Shown here: one piece after another, positions 27,848 through 37,009 of the stretch
How the letters are laid out: each line of letters starts with the position of its first letter
Position numbering within the stretch: the first letter of the stretch is position 1
IMG/VR virus record: IMGVR_UViG_3300026196_000015
Location: 1 to 42,197 of that record
Strand: one strand, 5' to 3'
Length of the DNA: 42,197 bases
DNA from: a virus
Taxonomy: Duplodnaviria; Caudoviricetes
Notes under the pieces: model-generated
Database searches by the model: none
What the model was told of the DNA's origin: nothing
The model's input: only the letters and a program-made list of their open reading frames with translations
Position numbers and translations under genes: made by a program

Positions 27848-28374
27848 TTCCTTTTGGGTTGTGAGGGTCTGGAACCGAACCACCAAGTCACGGCAGTTGT
27901 GACTAAAAACATGATATTACTAATCACATCTTTAAACATTGATGATATCTCTTCCCCTGGAATCTGGTTTAACCCACCTGATAACCCCCAAATTTCAACG
28001 ACAACAAATGTCGCTATACCAAGAAGATAAAACGTAATTAATGGGCGCATAATGCCTCTAATGGCATCTACCCATTTTATACCATAGGTCTTTTTTTGTT
28101 CATCCAATGATTTAGCGAAGGCTGAGACTTCAGCGATATCTGTTTGGATCTGTCCTTCTGTTTGCGCTCGTTCTATCTGCTTGTCTGCCATGGCAAGCTC
28201 ATGGTTGAACTCAAGTTGAGCCTCTTCCTTCCTGATCTTTGCCATTTCCAGATCGTGATCGAGCTTTTGCTTATCTGATTTCCGCTCTTCGTTTTTCGTC
28301 AGAAATGACCCAACCAGTCCTGTAATTGCACCGAATCCGGATGATGTTAAAACGCTGAGTATCAATGGGATCAT
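27844..28374 (-). CDS. Holin, 3-TM GTA-holin-like
   Basis: IRGIMRPLITF and TWWFGSR motifs; adjacent to candidate lysin. Confidence 0.7.
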   Translation of the reverse strand: MIPLILSVLTSSGFGAITGLVGSFLTKNEERKSDKQKLDHDLEMAKIRKEEAQLEFNHELAMADKQIERAQTEGQIQTDIAEVSAFAKSLDEQKKTYGIKWVDAIRGIMRPLITFYLLGIATFVVVEIWGLSGGLNQIPGEEISSMFKDVISNIMFLVTTAVTWWFGSRPSQPKRK

Positions 28375-28808
28375 GCGGCATCCCTCCAGATAATCTGTTC
28401 CCCCATAATCCTTAATTCAAATGGTTCATGTTCCATTAATTCAACGAACTCATGAAGACCAGTTCTGCTGTTCAATACCGCTGGTTTCCCTGCCAATTTT
28501 CCACGTCGTTTTCCGATAATAATACATCCTTTTGAATGATGAACGAGGTTCCCGTTGTGGGTCAGTATCCCTAATCTTTTGAAGACATCTTGTAGGTGGT
28601 AGACGTTTCTGTATTTACCGCTAGCGGATTTCGGGAGGAAGGTTGTTTTGTAATTTCCTGCTGGAATGCAGCTTATGTTTTTCTTGTTATCAAGCCAGGG
28701 TCTTTCGATCGTGAAAAATTGCTCACCTTTGGCAAACAATACTGATTGTATGCAGTAATCGCTTACCTTATCCCGTACCATATAGGCTATTTCAAGATCA
28801 TCTGTCAT
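28371..28808 (-). CDS. DUF5675-like candidate endolysin
   Basis: TIERPWLDNKKNISCIPAGNY, ILTHNGN...SKGCIIIG; start moved to ATG 28808 (ATGA overlap). Confidence 0.7.
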   Translation of the reverse strand: MTDDLEIAYMVRDKVSDYCIQSVLFAKGEQFFTIERPWLDNKKNISCIPAGNYKTTFLPKSASGKYRNVYHLQDVFKRLGILTHNGNLVHHSKGCIIIGKRRGKLAGKPAVLNSRTGLHEFVELMEHEPFELRIMGEQIIWRDAA

Positions 28809-28951
28809 GATAAAGCCTTTAAAATAATTCCTGGATTTGGGTATTGCTGGTAGGATAAATAGATGGGCTTGAGGCATTTCTTGCAGACACATTCCCCCCT
28901 GGCATGTTCTGGATTAGGCTTTTTGCAATGGCAATATATTTTTCCGCTCAT
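28805..28951 (-). CDS. Small Cys-rich protein (48 aa; not in ORF track), first gene of the late arm
   Basis: AGAGGA RBS; MSGKIYCHCKK...CVCKKCLKPIY; stop overlaps lysin start. Confidence 0.55.
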   Translation of the reverse strand: MSGKIYCHCKKPNPEHARGECVCKKCLKPIYLSYQQYPNPGIILKALS

Positions 28952-29211
28952 TGATCCTCTTTTTGTTGAACTTAACTTATTTTTATTGACAATGCTAGTA
29001 ATTTTTTGGTTTTTATAAAGTTATTACTCAGCGTTATCACTCCATTCTTATTTTTTTCTTATCTTTTTTACTTTTTGTGCTTGACATTTGTTTTCCGGTT
29101 TGAGATCTTGTACCCATCAGTTGATTAAATGAATCCAATTAACGGATTTTATGGAGGTCAATATGATAAAGGGGAGTGAAAGACTCCCCATTAACCTAAA
29201 AAGGGGACAGG

Positions 29212-29400
29212 ATGAACGATATTATCTGCTTCAACAAGCGCAAAAATTGTGAAGAAATTTTTCCAAGAAATAGCGATAAAATTTTAGCCAAGTGCCGCAT
29301 AGCAATTGGAGAAGTTGCTTGTCGCACTGGTGATAAATTTTATTATGTGAAGCGTGATGGCGTCCGGTCGGGCCATTGGATTGGCGGCATAGAAAAATAA
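29212..29400 (+). CDS. Hypothetical protein (62 aa)
   Basis: AGGGGA upstream; start of the plus arm. Confidence 0.45.
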   Translation: MNDIICFNKRKNCEEIFPRNSDKILAKCRIAIGEVACRTGDKFYYVKRDGVRSGHWIGGIEK

Positions 29401-29419
29401 AACCAAACAGGAGTAACAA

Positions 29420-29599
29420 ATGCAAAGACAAATGATTATGCAAGCTTTGGCAGATTTGTTTTTAGGAAATGTAGAATATAAAAAAACATCAAGTGGTTTT
29501 ACAAACCCATACCAGCCGAAGGTTTTCAAGGGTAAAAGTCAAAGAAAGAGGACAAGCAGACCAAAAAAACTGAAGCACAGGCAGAAAAGGAACCGATGA
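29420..29599 (+). CDS. Small basic protein (59 aa; not in ORF track)
   Basis: AGGAG RBS; MQRQMIMQAL...KHRQKRNR; ATGA overlap with next gene. Confidence 0.55.
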   Translation: MQRQMIMQALADLFLGNVEYKKTSSGFTNPYQPKVFKGKSQRKRTSRPKKLKHRQKRNR

Positions 29600-29859
29600 A
29601 CTCAATCATAAACTACGACAGCCTGACCGAAGATGACAACGAAAAGATCCGCAAAGCTTTATCCGGGTTCCCAAACCAAGCAGATCTGACAGTTAGCCTA
29701 GTAGCTGCCCATCTTGGCAATAAACTTGACCTGGATCGGTTGCTTGAAGAGTCAGAAATCGAAAGAACATGTGATATTTACAGCATCCACCGGAAAGTCG
29801 ATTTGGAAACCGGCCTGATGGGGTATTTTGTGCCTAAATGCGGATTCAGGAGAAGGTGA
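29596..29859 (+). CDS. DUF6874-like phage protein
   Basis: AAH...LDLDRLL...DIYSIHRKVDLETG..FVPK pattern, recalled from this family. Confidence 0.55.
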   Translation: MNSIINYDSLTEDDNEKIRKALSGFPNQADLTVSLVAAHLGNKLDLDRLLEESEIERTCDIYSIHRKVDLETGLMGYFVPKCGFRRR

Positions 29860-30029
29860 TGCCAGAACAAGAAATAAGACTTACCATAGCCGATTTTTGC
29901 GAAGCTGAAGACGTTGAGGGGTTGATGCAATATCTCTCCTGCGATGAATCTGAAGCCAAGCAAATGATCGAATCTTATAAACAATCTTGGGAAGTCCGGT
30001 TTCCGGATAGACCTAAATCATTCAGATAA
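29859..30029 (+). CDS. Hypothetical protein
   Basis: TGATG coupling with upstream gene; AGGAG RBS. Confidence 0.5.
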   Translation: MPEQEIRLTIADFCEAEDVEGLMQYLSCDESEAKQMIESYKQSWEVRFPDRPKSFR

Positions 30030-30037
30030 GAGGGGAC

Positions 30038-30799
30038 ATGGATAAAGAAAATAAAGATCTTGCTGAAATCCCGCAAAAAAGTATCAGCGGGTCAAGTCCT
30101 GCCGAGATTGCCGCCAATATTCTTAAATTCGGTGGTAATCTTGAAGGGCTGGAAAAACTGATGGCATTGCAGGAACGTCATGAAGCGAATGAAGCCAGAA
30201 AAGCTTATCATGCCGCCATGGCTGAATTCAAAAAGAATCCGCCAGAGGTCTTGAAGAGTAAAAAGGTCAGTTATAAAACGAGTTCCGGGCAGACGGAATA
30301 CAGTCACGCCGATCTTGGTGAAGCCTCGATTGCTATTGCTGAAGCACTTGCCAAACATGATTTAAACGCCACCTGGAGGCAAAAACAGGATACCAATGGT
30401 ATCACAATCACCTGCACATTAACCCATAAACTCGGTCATTCTGAAAGCACTTCCTTGACCGCTCCCCCGGATAATTCAGGCGGGAAAAATACCATCCAGG
30501 CCATTTCTTCCACAAATTCTTACCTCGAACGGTATACCCTATTCGCCATCACCGGTTTGGCACCAAAGGGAATTGATGACGATGGGAGAGGATCTGAAGC
30601 GAAACAACCTGAAAAGAAATCAGAAAAGAAAACGATCACCCCAAAGACAAAAGTCGGCTGGAACCATGCTAAAGCGGCTTACAAGAGAGACGGTAATTTC
30701 AAAAAGGTTCTAGAGCATGCCGTCATCTCAGAAGCGCACCAGAAACAAATCATCGATGAATTAAATTTAGAAAAATCGGAGGAAAGGAAAAATGTTTGA
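30038..30799 (+). CDS. erf: ERF-family single-strand annealing protein
   Basis: YSHADL, LTHKLGHSE, KNTIQAISSTNSYLERYTLFAITGL, DDDG. Confidence 0.85.
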   Translation: MDKENKDLAEIPQKSISGSSPAEIAANILKFGGNLEGLEKLMALQERHEANEARKAYHAAMAEFKKNPPEVLKSKKVSYKTSSGQTEYSHADLGEASIAIAEALAKHDLNATWRQKQDTNGITITCTLTHKLGHSESTSLTAPPDNSGGKNTIQAISSTNSYLERYTLFAITGLAPKGIDDDGRGSEAKQPEKKSEKKTITPKTKVGWNHAKAAYKRDGNFKKVLEHAVISEAHQKQIIDELNLEKSEERKNV

Positions 30800-31430
30800 A
30801 CACCACACCGTTGAACAGAATCAGCCTGAATGGTTTCAGCTCCGCGCTGGCAAGATTACCATGTCAGAGCTTCATAAAATCATGGCTAATTATGGTAAGG
30901 TTTTTGGCCCCCCTGCCAAGCAATACGCCGTCAACATAGCCATTGAACAAATAACTGGCAAACCAGTCCCAAGTTCTTTTTCTAATCCTCATATGGATAG
31001 AGGACACGAACAAGAGCCTAAAGCCAAGGTGTTATATGAATCAGAAAAATTCGTCACTGTTGAGCCTGGTGGTTTTTACTGCTCTGATTCTATCGGGTAT
31101 TCTCCTGATGGGTTGATCCCTTCTGAAAAGGGAGCCATCGAAATTAAGTCCGTTATCTCTTCCATCCATTATGACAACATCAGACGCCAGGCAGTTGACC
31201 CAACTAAAAAGTGGCAATGTATCGGCGGGATGAAATTTGCTGGTCTTGATTGGATTGACTTCATTTCATACTGTGAAGATTTCCCAGAAGGAAACCAGCT
31301 TTTTGTTTGCAGAATGTTCCCGGATGATTTCGCTGATGAATTTGAAATGATCGACAAACGAGTCCGGGAATTCCAAGTCCTGATAGCCGAAACCAAGAAG
31401 ACTATCGAAACCAGTAATTATTTCCTATAG
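30792..31430 (+). CDS. YqaJ/lambda-exonuclease family nuclease
   Basis: EQNQPEWFQLRAGKITMS, RGHEQEP, YSPDGL, IEIKS, WQC. Confidence 0.88.
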   Translation: MFEHHTVEQNQPEWFQLRAGKITMSELHKIMANYGKVFGPPAKQYAVNIAIEQITGKPVPSSFSNPHMDRGHEQEPKAKVLYESEKFVTVEPGGFYCSDSIGYSPDGLIPSEKGAIEIKSVISSIHYDNIRRQAVDPTKKWQCIGGMKFAGLDWIDFISYCEDFPEGNQLFVCRMFPDDFADEFEMIDKRVREFQVLIAETKKTIETSNYFL

Positions 31431-31437
31431 GATACCA

Positions 31438-32370
31438 ATGAACGAACTGATTACACTGGATAACAAATCCATGCTTCAAGTATACACAGAGGGAGATGTC
31501 GAACAACTCCTGAACGATATCAGGCAAAAAGTTTTTGATCAACTCCCGGAAGACCCCGACATGTCAGACAAGAATACCAGGGATCTTTACAGAACCACTG
31601 CCGCACAAATCCCGAAAGCAAAAAATTATTTTGATGGATTCGGGAAAGACCTTGTTTCGGACTGGAAGGAGAAGGCTAAAAAGGTCGATGCTGTCAGAAA
31701 GTTTTTCCGTGATGGAATGGATTCTCTGAAAGTAGAGGCCAGAAAGCCTTTAACAGACTGGGAAGAAGAAGAACAAAAACGTCTGGAAGAGGAAGCTCTG
31801 AAGATTGAGATAGAGCAAGCTCACGAAGAAGCACTGCACGAGAATGATCTGTTTGATCGCCAGCTGGAAGTAGAGCGAAAAGAAAAAGAGCTTGAAGCCA
31901 AGCGCCTTGAAGTTGAACGTAAGGAACGGGAAGAACAGATCAGGAAAGAGGCTGCTGCTAACGCTGAGAGAGAAAGAAAAGAAGCGATAGAAAGAGCCGA
32001 AAGAGAGAAAAAGGAAGCCGCTGAACGTGCTGAACGCGAAAAGAGAGAAGCTCTGGAACGCGCCGAAAAGGAAAAACGCGAAGCTGTTTTGGAAGCTGAG
32101 CGCAAAGCCAAAGAAGAAGCGGACAGAAAAGAAGCTGAAAGACTGGAAGCGGAACGCGCTGAAAAAGAAAGAGCCGAGGCCTTCAGGAAAGAAGAAGAAA
32201 GGAAAGCCGCCGATGTCGAACACAGGAAAACCATTAATAATGAATCCCTTTCTGACATCCAGGGCATTATCGAAAAACTGGTGAACAGTCCGGAACAGGA
32301 ATTGGTTGCAAAGAACATCCTTGTTGCTATCATCAGTGGAAAAATCAGGCACATATCGATTAAATACTGA
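31438..32370 (+). CDS. Coiled-coil phage protein with E/K/R/A-rich repeats
   Basis: ARKPLTDWE followed by AERAEREK-type repeats; ADVEHRKTINN C-terminus. Confidence 0.7.
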   Translation: MNELITLDNKSMLQVYTEGDVEQLLNDIRQKVFDQLPEDPDMSDKNTRDLYRTTAAQIPKAKNYFDGFGKDLVSDWKEKAKKVDAVRKFFRDGMDSLKVEARKPLTDWEEEEQKRLEEEALKIEIEQAHEEALHENDLFDRQLEVERKEKELEAKRLEVERKEREEQIRKEAAANAERERKEAIERAEREKKEAAERAEREKREALERAEKEKREAVLEAERKAKEEADRKEAERLEAERAEKERAEAFRKEEERKAADVEHRKTINNESLSDIQGIIEKLVNSPEQELVAKNILVAIISGKIRHISIKY

Positions 32371-32810
32371 TGGAATCCAAGGTTAAAAAAACTCTTTCCG
32401 GGTGGATCCCTGCAGACGAAAAAACAGAGCGTTATTTCAAAAAGGGAAAGCTCGGAGACTTTTACCATTTCGATATCAAGCATTACAAAGATCAGCGAAA
32501 TCAGAGGATGCTGCAGAAATACTGGGTAATGCTCCAGGTGGCGGTTGACAATTCCGATAAGTACCGGACAAAAGAAGACCTCCACCATGATATCAAATGG
32601 GCGCTGGATATCGTCACAATCAAACAAAACGTGATGACTGGAGAGATGTTAAAGGAAGTCGGATCAGTGGCTATGGATAAGATGGATCAAGCTGAATTTG
32701 AACGATTCTACTCTGATGCTGTGAATGTCATCATCAAGTTTGTGCTCACTGGTTCAACAGCCGAAGAACTTGAGAACAGAGTAATCGAAATCATAGGGCA
32801 ATTCGGATGA
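32370..32810 (+). CDS. DUF1367-like protein
   Basis: RN...KYW and SVAMDKMDQAEFERFY motifs. Confidence 0.65.
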   Translation: MESKVKKTLSGWIPADEKTERYFKKGKLGDFYHFDIKHYKDQRNQRMLQKYWVMLQVAVDNSDKYRTKEDLHHDIKWALDIVTIKQNVMTGEMLKEVGSVAMDKMDQAEFERFYSDAVNVIIKFVLTGSTAEELENRVIEIIGQFG

Positions 32811-33175
32811 AAAAGCGCAGCAATGAACCTTCAGAATGTTTTATCGCTCATCCAAAACCTGGAGAAAAGAAGAAGGCCAGGAATACTCAAAAAGAGATCG
32901 GCCGGAAACTGGATCCACCAGAAGAAAAATATTGCCGGCTATTGGGATATGAAACAGGAACGGAATGCTGGCGCCATGCTGAAAGTAGAATAATCAAGAA
33001 CTTGGACGGTGGCGGAATAACCGGGGGACGGATCAACGATATGTTAACCGCCTGGCTGTCCGATGAGGCAGACAGAGAATTATCAAACCCACTTCCAAAA
33101 GACGCTTCAGATATTGAACTGGAACGTCACGCCCTTGCCTGGGCAATTTTGATTATTAAAAGCCATTTACTATGA
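32807..33175 (+). CDS. Hypothetical protein
   Basis: 122 aa; ATGA overlaps on both sides. Confidence 0.6.
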   Translation: MKKRSNEPSECFIAHPKPGEKKKARNTQKEIGRKLDPPEEKYCRLLGYETGTECWRHAESRIIKNLDGGGITGGRINDMLTAWLSDEADRELSNPLPKDASDIELERHALAWAILIIKSHLL

Positions 33176-33438
33176 GGGGGACTATGAAACCATCAATGAA
33201 ACATCCATTTCGCAAAACAGCGATCTGTAAACACGAATCTTTCAAAAACAGGGGGTTTAATCCAGACCTTGATTTTGTGAAGAAGCAAGTTGATTCTTTC
33301 CTGAACTCTGGTGGAAAGATCACCAGGATCGACAAGGTTGAATACCGAGAAGTCAAGCAGTCAACAAGAGAAGTTGACGAATGGCTTTATGATTTAGATT
33401 TTCCGATAAATGGGTTGGGACATGAAACAAATACTTAA
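33172..33438 (+). CDS. Hypothetical protein with SutA-like motif
   Basis: QVDSFLNSGGKITRI resembles the FLxxGGKI motif of the SutA RNAP-binding region. Confidence 0.5.
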   Translation: MRGTMKPSMKHPFRKTAICKHESFKNRGFNPDLDFVKKQVDSFLNSGGKITRIDKVEYREVKQSTREVDEWLYDLDFPINGLGHETNT

Positions 33439-33601
33439 ATGGATCGGATTCTTCCTCCTGACAGTCTTCTCTCTAGTATCTGCATTCTTTGTCTATTCCT
33501 ATTCCCTGGATACTTTCGGGTTGTCCGGATGCACCAGAGAAGACTTTGGCACATTAAAGCAGCGATTAGAAGAAATAATCGAGGAAAGAAACCTGCAATA
33601 A
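33422..33601 (+). CDS. Small membrane protein
   Basis: N-terminal hydrophobic helix; likely start ATG 33422. Confidence 0.5.
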   Translation: MKQILKWIGFFLLTVFSLVSAFFVYSYSLDTFGLSGCTREDFGTLKQRLEEIIEERNLQ

Positions 33602-33604
33602 CCT

Positions 33605-33633
33605 TTGACATTTTACCCTGGCCGTTTTATTTT
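33605..33633 (+). promoter_or_regulatory. Putative sigma70 promoter upstream of HTH gene
   Basis: TTGACA (33605-10), 17-nt spacer, TATTTT (33628-33). Confidence 0.5.
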
Positions 33634-33668
33634 TTAGTCTCAATCTGTTAACTATTTCTAAGGGTATT

Positions 33669-33884
33669 ATGGAACCATTAATCACACGACAATCAACCAG
33701 GGAAGATTTCATCAATTTGCGGGATAGATTCGGTAAGACAATGCAGGATGTCTGCAACGAATCCGGTCTTTCCATAACAACTATCTTCCGGGCAGAGAAT
33801 GACGGAATCGCCAGAATGCGTTCAGGAACGATCTACAAGCTTAATCAGTACTACAATAAACTCGCTTCACAGAGTAATAATTAA
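33669..33884 (+). CDS. Cro/XRE-like HTH regulator
   Basis: LRDRFGKTMQDVCNESGLSITTIFRAEN. Confidence 0.8.
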   Translation: MEPLITRQSTREDFINLRDRFGKTMQDVCNESGLSITTIFRAENDGIARMRSGTIYKLNQYYNKLASQSNN

Positions 33885-33888
33885 CCGA

Positions 33889-33951
33889 TTCCCTGTCCCC
33901 CAGGGAACCCCCGTGAGGTTTTAACTTTGCGATTCGCCTTGCGGGGGTTTT
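33889..33951 (+). terminator. Tandem hairpins / putative terminator after HTH gene
   Basis: TTCCCTG/CAGGGAA, then AACCCCCGTGAGG/CCTTGCGGGGGTT followed by T's. Confidence 0.55.
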
Positions 33952-33965
33952 AACTGAGCTTAGAT

Positions 33966-34268
33966 ATGAAAAAGAAGCGTAAGACGATCAACGGCATAGA
34001 ACATGTTAAATGCGTTGAATGTGGGCAATGGTTTGAGTTCAGAAGAGGTGTTGCCAGATGCCCTGAACACCATTCAATTTTTGTTAAAAAGTACAATGAC
34101 AGACGGTTGTTTAGCTATTCCAGGTATGTCCCTGTTGGTGACAAAGAAGAAGAAATCGAGAAAGATCTTGCCGGGAAATCTCCTATCTCTGGTCTTTATT
34201 CAGGGTGTACAAAGGAGCAAATAGAAGCAATGCAGAGGGGAGATGTAGAGGCGTTGCTGAGGATTTAA
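33966..34268 (+). CDS. Zinc-finger protein
   Basis: CVEC...CPEH. Confidence 0.55.
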   Translation: MKKKRKTINGIEHVKCVECGQWFEFRRGVARCPEHHSIFVKKYNDRRLFSYSRYVPVGDKEEEIEKDLAGKSPISGLYSGCTKEQIEAMQRGDVEALLRI

Positions 34269-34321
34269 AAATAATCCGTTTTAACCTTGACTATGATAAT
34301 CATATGGGATACTCATTAGAC

Positions 34322-34504
34322 ATGAACAAATTAAAATGCAAAAGATGTGAACATGAATGGTTCCCAAGAAAACCGGAACTGCCTTTGACATGCCCAAAAT
34401 GCCGGACACCATACTGGAACAAACCGCGATCAAAGGATATCAATGAAGGAAGGGAATTGGGTTCCACTGGACAAGAGACTGGTAAAGTTTCTTCCAGAGG
34501 ATAG
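34322..34504 (+). CDS. Small zinc-ribbon protein
   Basis: MNKLKCKRCEHEW...CPKCRTPYWN; likely start ATG 34322. Confidence 0.6.
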   Translation: MNKLKCKRCEHEWFPRKPELPLTCPKCRTPYWNKPRSKDINEGRELGSTGQETGKVSSRG

Positions 34505-35225
34505 ACCTTATTCAATCCCAGAAGCGATGCTGTCCTTGAGTTGCGATTACGATAACAAAAAACAAGCGAGTATTGCCGGTTATTCTAAGCTCTGGCGTTG
34601 GAACAGGAACAAGGTGAGAAAGTTCTTAAATGATGTCGGGGCAGAGATAAAAAGAGAAGAATCAACCGATAAAATTCAAAACCAGAAGGGACAGATACAG
34701 GGACAGATAAGGGACAGATCAGGGACAGATAATGGACAGATACGATTCATATGGGACAAGGACTTACAGGCGTCAAAGGACAGATCAGGGACAGATAAGG
34801 GACAGATCAGGGACAGATCGGAGGACAGTACTATATATCCTATTAAACCTAAACCAAAAACTAATAACAAATACGTCGAAGATTGCCTTGAAATGAAAAT
34901 AGCAAAATACTTTTACCAAGTCCTGCTTAAATCAGATCCAAAAACAAAAACACCAAATTGGCAATCTTGGTGTGATGACATACGAAAGATACTTACTATC
35001 GACAAAAGGACAAAAGAAGAAATCAGGAAGGTAATCGATTATGCGCATGACCAAAACAACGCCACCGATAAATTTTCCTGGATACCGAACCTTAGAAGTC
35101 CAAAAAAACTAAGGGATCACCTACCTAAAATCTTATTGAGTATTGAAACGGTTCAAAAGCAGAAACAAACCGGATCATCCCGGGCAAGAAACTTAATCGA
35201 AGAAAGTAAACAATACCTTGGCTGA
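34443..35225 (+). CDS. Replication initiator (lambda O-like architecture)
   Basis: N-terminal HTH (LWRWNRNKVRKFL), central iteron-encoded repeats, C-terminal W..NLRSPKKLR; followed by DnaB. Confidence 0.8.
   Translation: MKEGNWVPLDKRLVKFLPEDRPYSIPEAMLSLSCDYDNKKQASIAGYSKLWRWNRNKVRKFLNDVGAEIKREESTDKIQNQKGQIQGQIRDRSGTDNGQIRFIWDKDLQASKDRSGTDKGQIRDRSEDSTIYPIKPKPKTNNKYVEDCLEMKIAKYFYQVLLKSDPKTKTPNWQSWCDDIRKILTIDKRTKEEIRKVIDYAHDQNNATDKFSWIPNLRSPKKLRDHLPKILLSIETVQKQKQTGSSRARNLIEESKQYLG
34689..34829. repeat. Iteron array / replication origin
   Basis: Nine exact GGACAGAT copies (34689, 34701, 34712, 34723, 34734, 34778, 34789, 34800, 34811) plus GGACAGT at 34823, followed by an AT-rich tract. Confidence 0.85.
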
Positions 35226-35227
35226 TT

Positions 35228-36568
35228 ATGGAACTTACAATACCTCACGATTTCGAAGCAGAACAAGCCTTGCTGGGAGCTATTATCATTAATAACAAAC
35301 TAATGGACGAGATAGCCAGCATCTTGAATCCTGACCATTTCTTCGCGGAAAGCCACAGACAAATTTACGGATCGATGCTTTATTTATGGGAAGACAAACA
35401 ACCCCTGGATGAAATATCGATCGGAGACAAATTAAAACAGAAAGAGAAGCTTGAGGAGATAGGAGGGTATCTTTACCTCAGTGATTTGATTGCAGCTGTC
35501 CCATCATCCGGTAATTTTATCTATTACGCCAAAGTCATTGAAGAGAAGGCCATCCTTAGATCATTGATTAGCATTTGTTCAGATACCGGGACAAGAGCAA
35601 GAGATCCGAAGGAAAATCTACAAAAACTTCTTTCCCGGGTAGAGAGTAGAATTTCAGAACTTGCTCAATCGAGATCTGAAAAGCAATTCGTTCACATCAT
35701 AGACGCAGTCAAAGAAAATATCGCTGAACTTGAATACTTAACGACAAACAATATTCAAAACGTCGGGCTTCCTACCGGATTTAGAGACCTTGACAGATTC
35801 ATGTCCGGTCTTCTCCCGGGTGATCTCATCGTAATTGCTGCCAGGCCATCAATGGGGAAAACTGCATTAGCCCTTAACATTGCTGCTTATATTGCCTCAA
35901 CAATATCAAAAGAAGTAGTCACGATCCATTCCCGGGAAATGGCTTTTAAAAAAGTTTCGAGGAGAATTCTTGCTTCCCTTGGGTCAATCAATACTCATTT
36001 CCTTAAAACGGGTCTACCCGGGACGGACAATTCCGAAATGTTATGGGATAAATTGGGGAGAGCAACTGATATCTTGAAAGAATCGAATATCCTGATAAAC
36101 GATAAAACTTCGTCAGTCATTCAAGCTTGTAACCAAGTGAAAGCGCAGAACAGAAAACAGAGAGTCTGCCTGAGTATATTCGATTACATGCAGTTGATGG
36201 ACTACGAGCAGGCCAGGAACAGAGAACAGGAGATAGCTGGAATATCCAGGAGACTTAAAGGGCTGGCAACTGATTTGAATATCCCGGTAATCGCTCTCTC
36301 TCAATTGAATAGATCGCTGGAGTCAAGGAACGACAAGCATCCGCAGCTTTCTGACTTGAGGGAATCTGGATCGATCGAGCAAGACGCCGACATAATACTA
36401 TTCCTTTACCGGGAAGATTATTACCACAAGGGAGATGACGAATACCAGCCCACAGGAATTGTTGACGTTGAGATTGGTAAACATCGAGAAGGCCCGACTG
36501 GTATGATTAATCTTGTTTTTGATGGGAAGTACACGAAGTTTAACAACTTATCAATAAGCGGTAAATGA
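35228..36568 (+). CDS. dnaB: Replicative DNA helicase
   Basis: PHDFEAEQALLG, AARPSMGKT, DYMQLM, LSQLNR, SDLRESGSIEQDAD. Confidence 0.95.
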   Translation: MELTIPHDFEAEQALLGAIIINNKLMDEIASILNPDHFFAESHRQIYGSMLYLWEDKQPLDEISIGDKLKQKEKLEEIGGYLYLSDLIAAVPSSGNFIYYAKVIEEKAILRSLISICSDTGTRARDPKENLQKLLSRVESRISELAQSRSEKQFVHIIDAVKENIAELEYLTTNNIQNVGLPTGFRDLDRFMSGLLPGDLIVIAARPSMGKTALALNIAAYIASTISKEVVTIHSREMAFKKVSRRILASLGSINTHFLKTGLPGTDNSEMLWDKLGRATDILKESNILINDKTSSVIQACNQVKAQNRKQRVCLSIFDYMQLMDYEQARNREQEIAGISRRLKGLATDLNIPVIALSQLNRSLESRNDKHPQLSDLRESGSIEQDADIILFLYREDYYHKGDDEYQPTGIVDVEIGKHREGPTGMINLVFDGKYTKFNNLSISGK

Positions 36569-36750
36569 GAATAGGATTGATAAAAGCTCATATAGTCTGG
36601 ATTTTGAAGATAATTCCCAGGATAAAAATAGTCAGGCATAGGTACAAAAAAGCGCTGAGACTATTATTAATCAGAAAATATACGGGTATCGGCCCGAATG
36701 AATGGAGGAATAGGAAAAATGAAATGGTTATTCGTAGAAAAAGGAAGTAA
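36565..36750 (+). CDS. Small basic hypothetical protein
   Basis: ATGA overlap with dnaB. Confidence 0.4.
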   Translation: MRIGLIKAHIVWILKIIPRIKIVRHRYKKALRLLLIRKYTGIGPNEWRNRKNEMVIRRKRK

Positions 36751-37009
36751 ATTGAAGAAGATATTCTTTGTTGCCTGTAACGAAGCTGGAAAGCCGATGT
36801 ATAGCTATGATGATGTTAATCTTGCTTACGTCCATGAGAAAAACACAGAAACCTTTGATGGGTACACCATCTCAGACTTTCTCGATGGCACCAAGAAAAA
36901 GGTAGAGGCTAGCTGGCGGAATGAAAACATCGAAGACCACAGGCCTATTATCAAAATTAAGGACTTCGGCAAGATTCTAAAAGAACACAACACGGAGATG
37001 AAGCTCTAA
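36719..37009 (+). CDS. Hypothetical protein
   Basis: Likely start ATG 36719 after AGGA; TAATG coupling to next gene. Confidence 0.55.
   Translation: MKWLFVEKGSKLKKIFFVACNEAGKPMYSYDDVNLAYVHEKNTETFDGYTISDFLDGTKKKVEASWRNENIEDHRPIIKIKDFGKILKEHNTEMKL

Noticed and set aside
28986-29110. Sigma70 promoters at TTGACA 28986 and 29081
   Set aside because: No convincing -10 hexamer at 16-18 nt spacing, so not listed as features, although the region is likely the divergent control region.
31750-32627. Long minus-strand ORFs (200 and 268 aa)
   Set aside because: Antisense shadows of the low-complexity E/K/R/A coiled-coil gene.
34689-34829. CRISPR array
   Set aside because: 8-bp units at ~11-bp period with no unique spacers, inside a replication gene; these are iterons.
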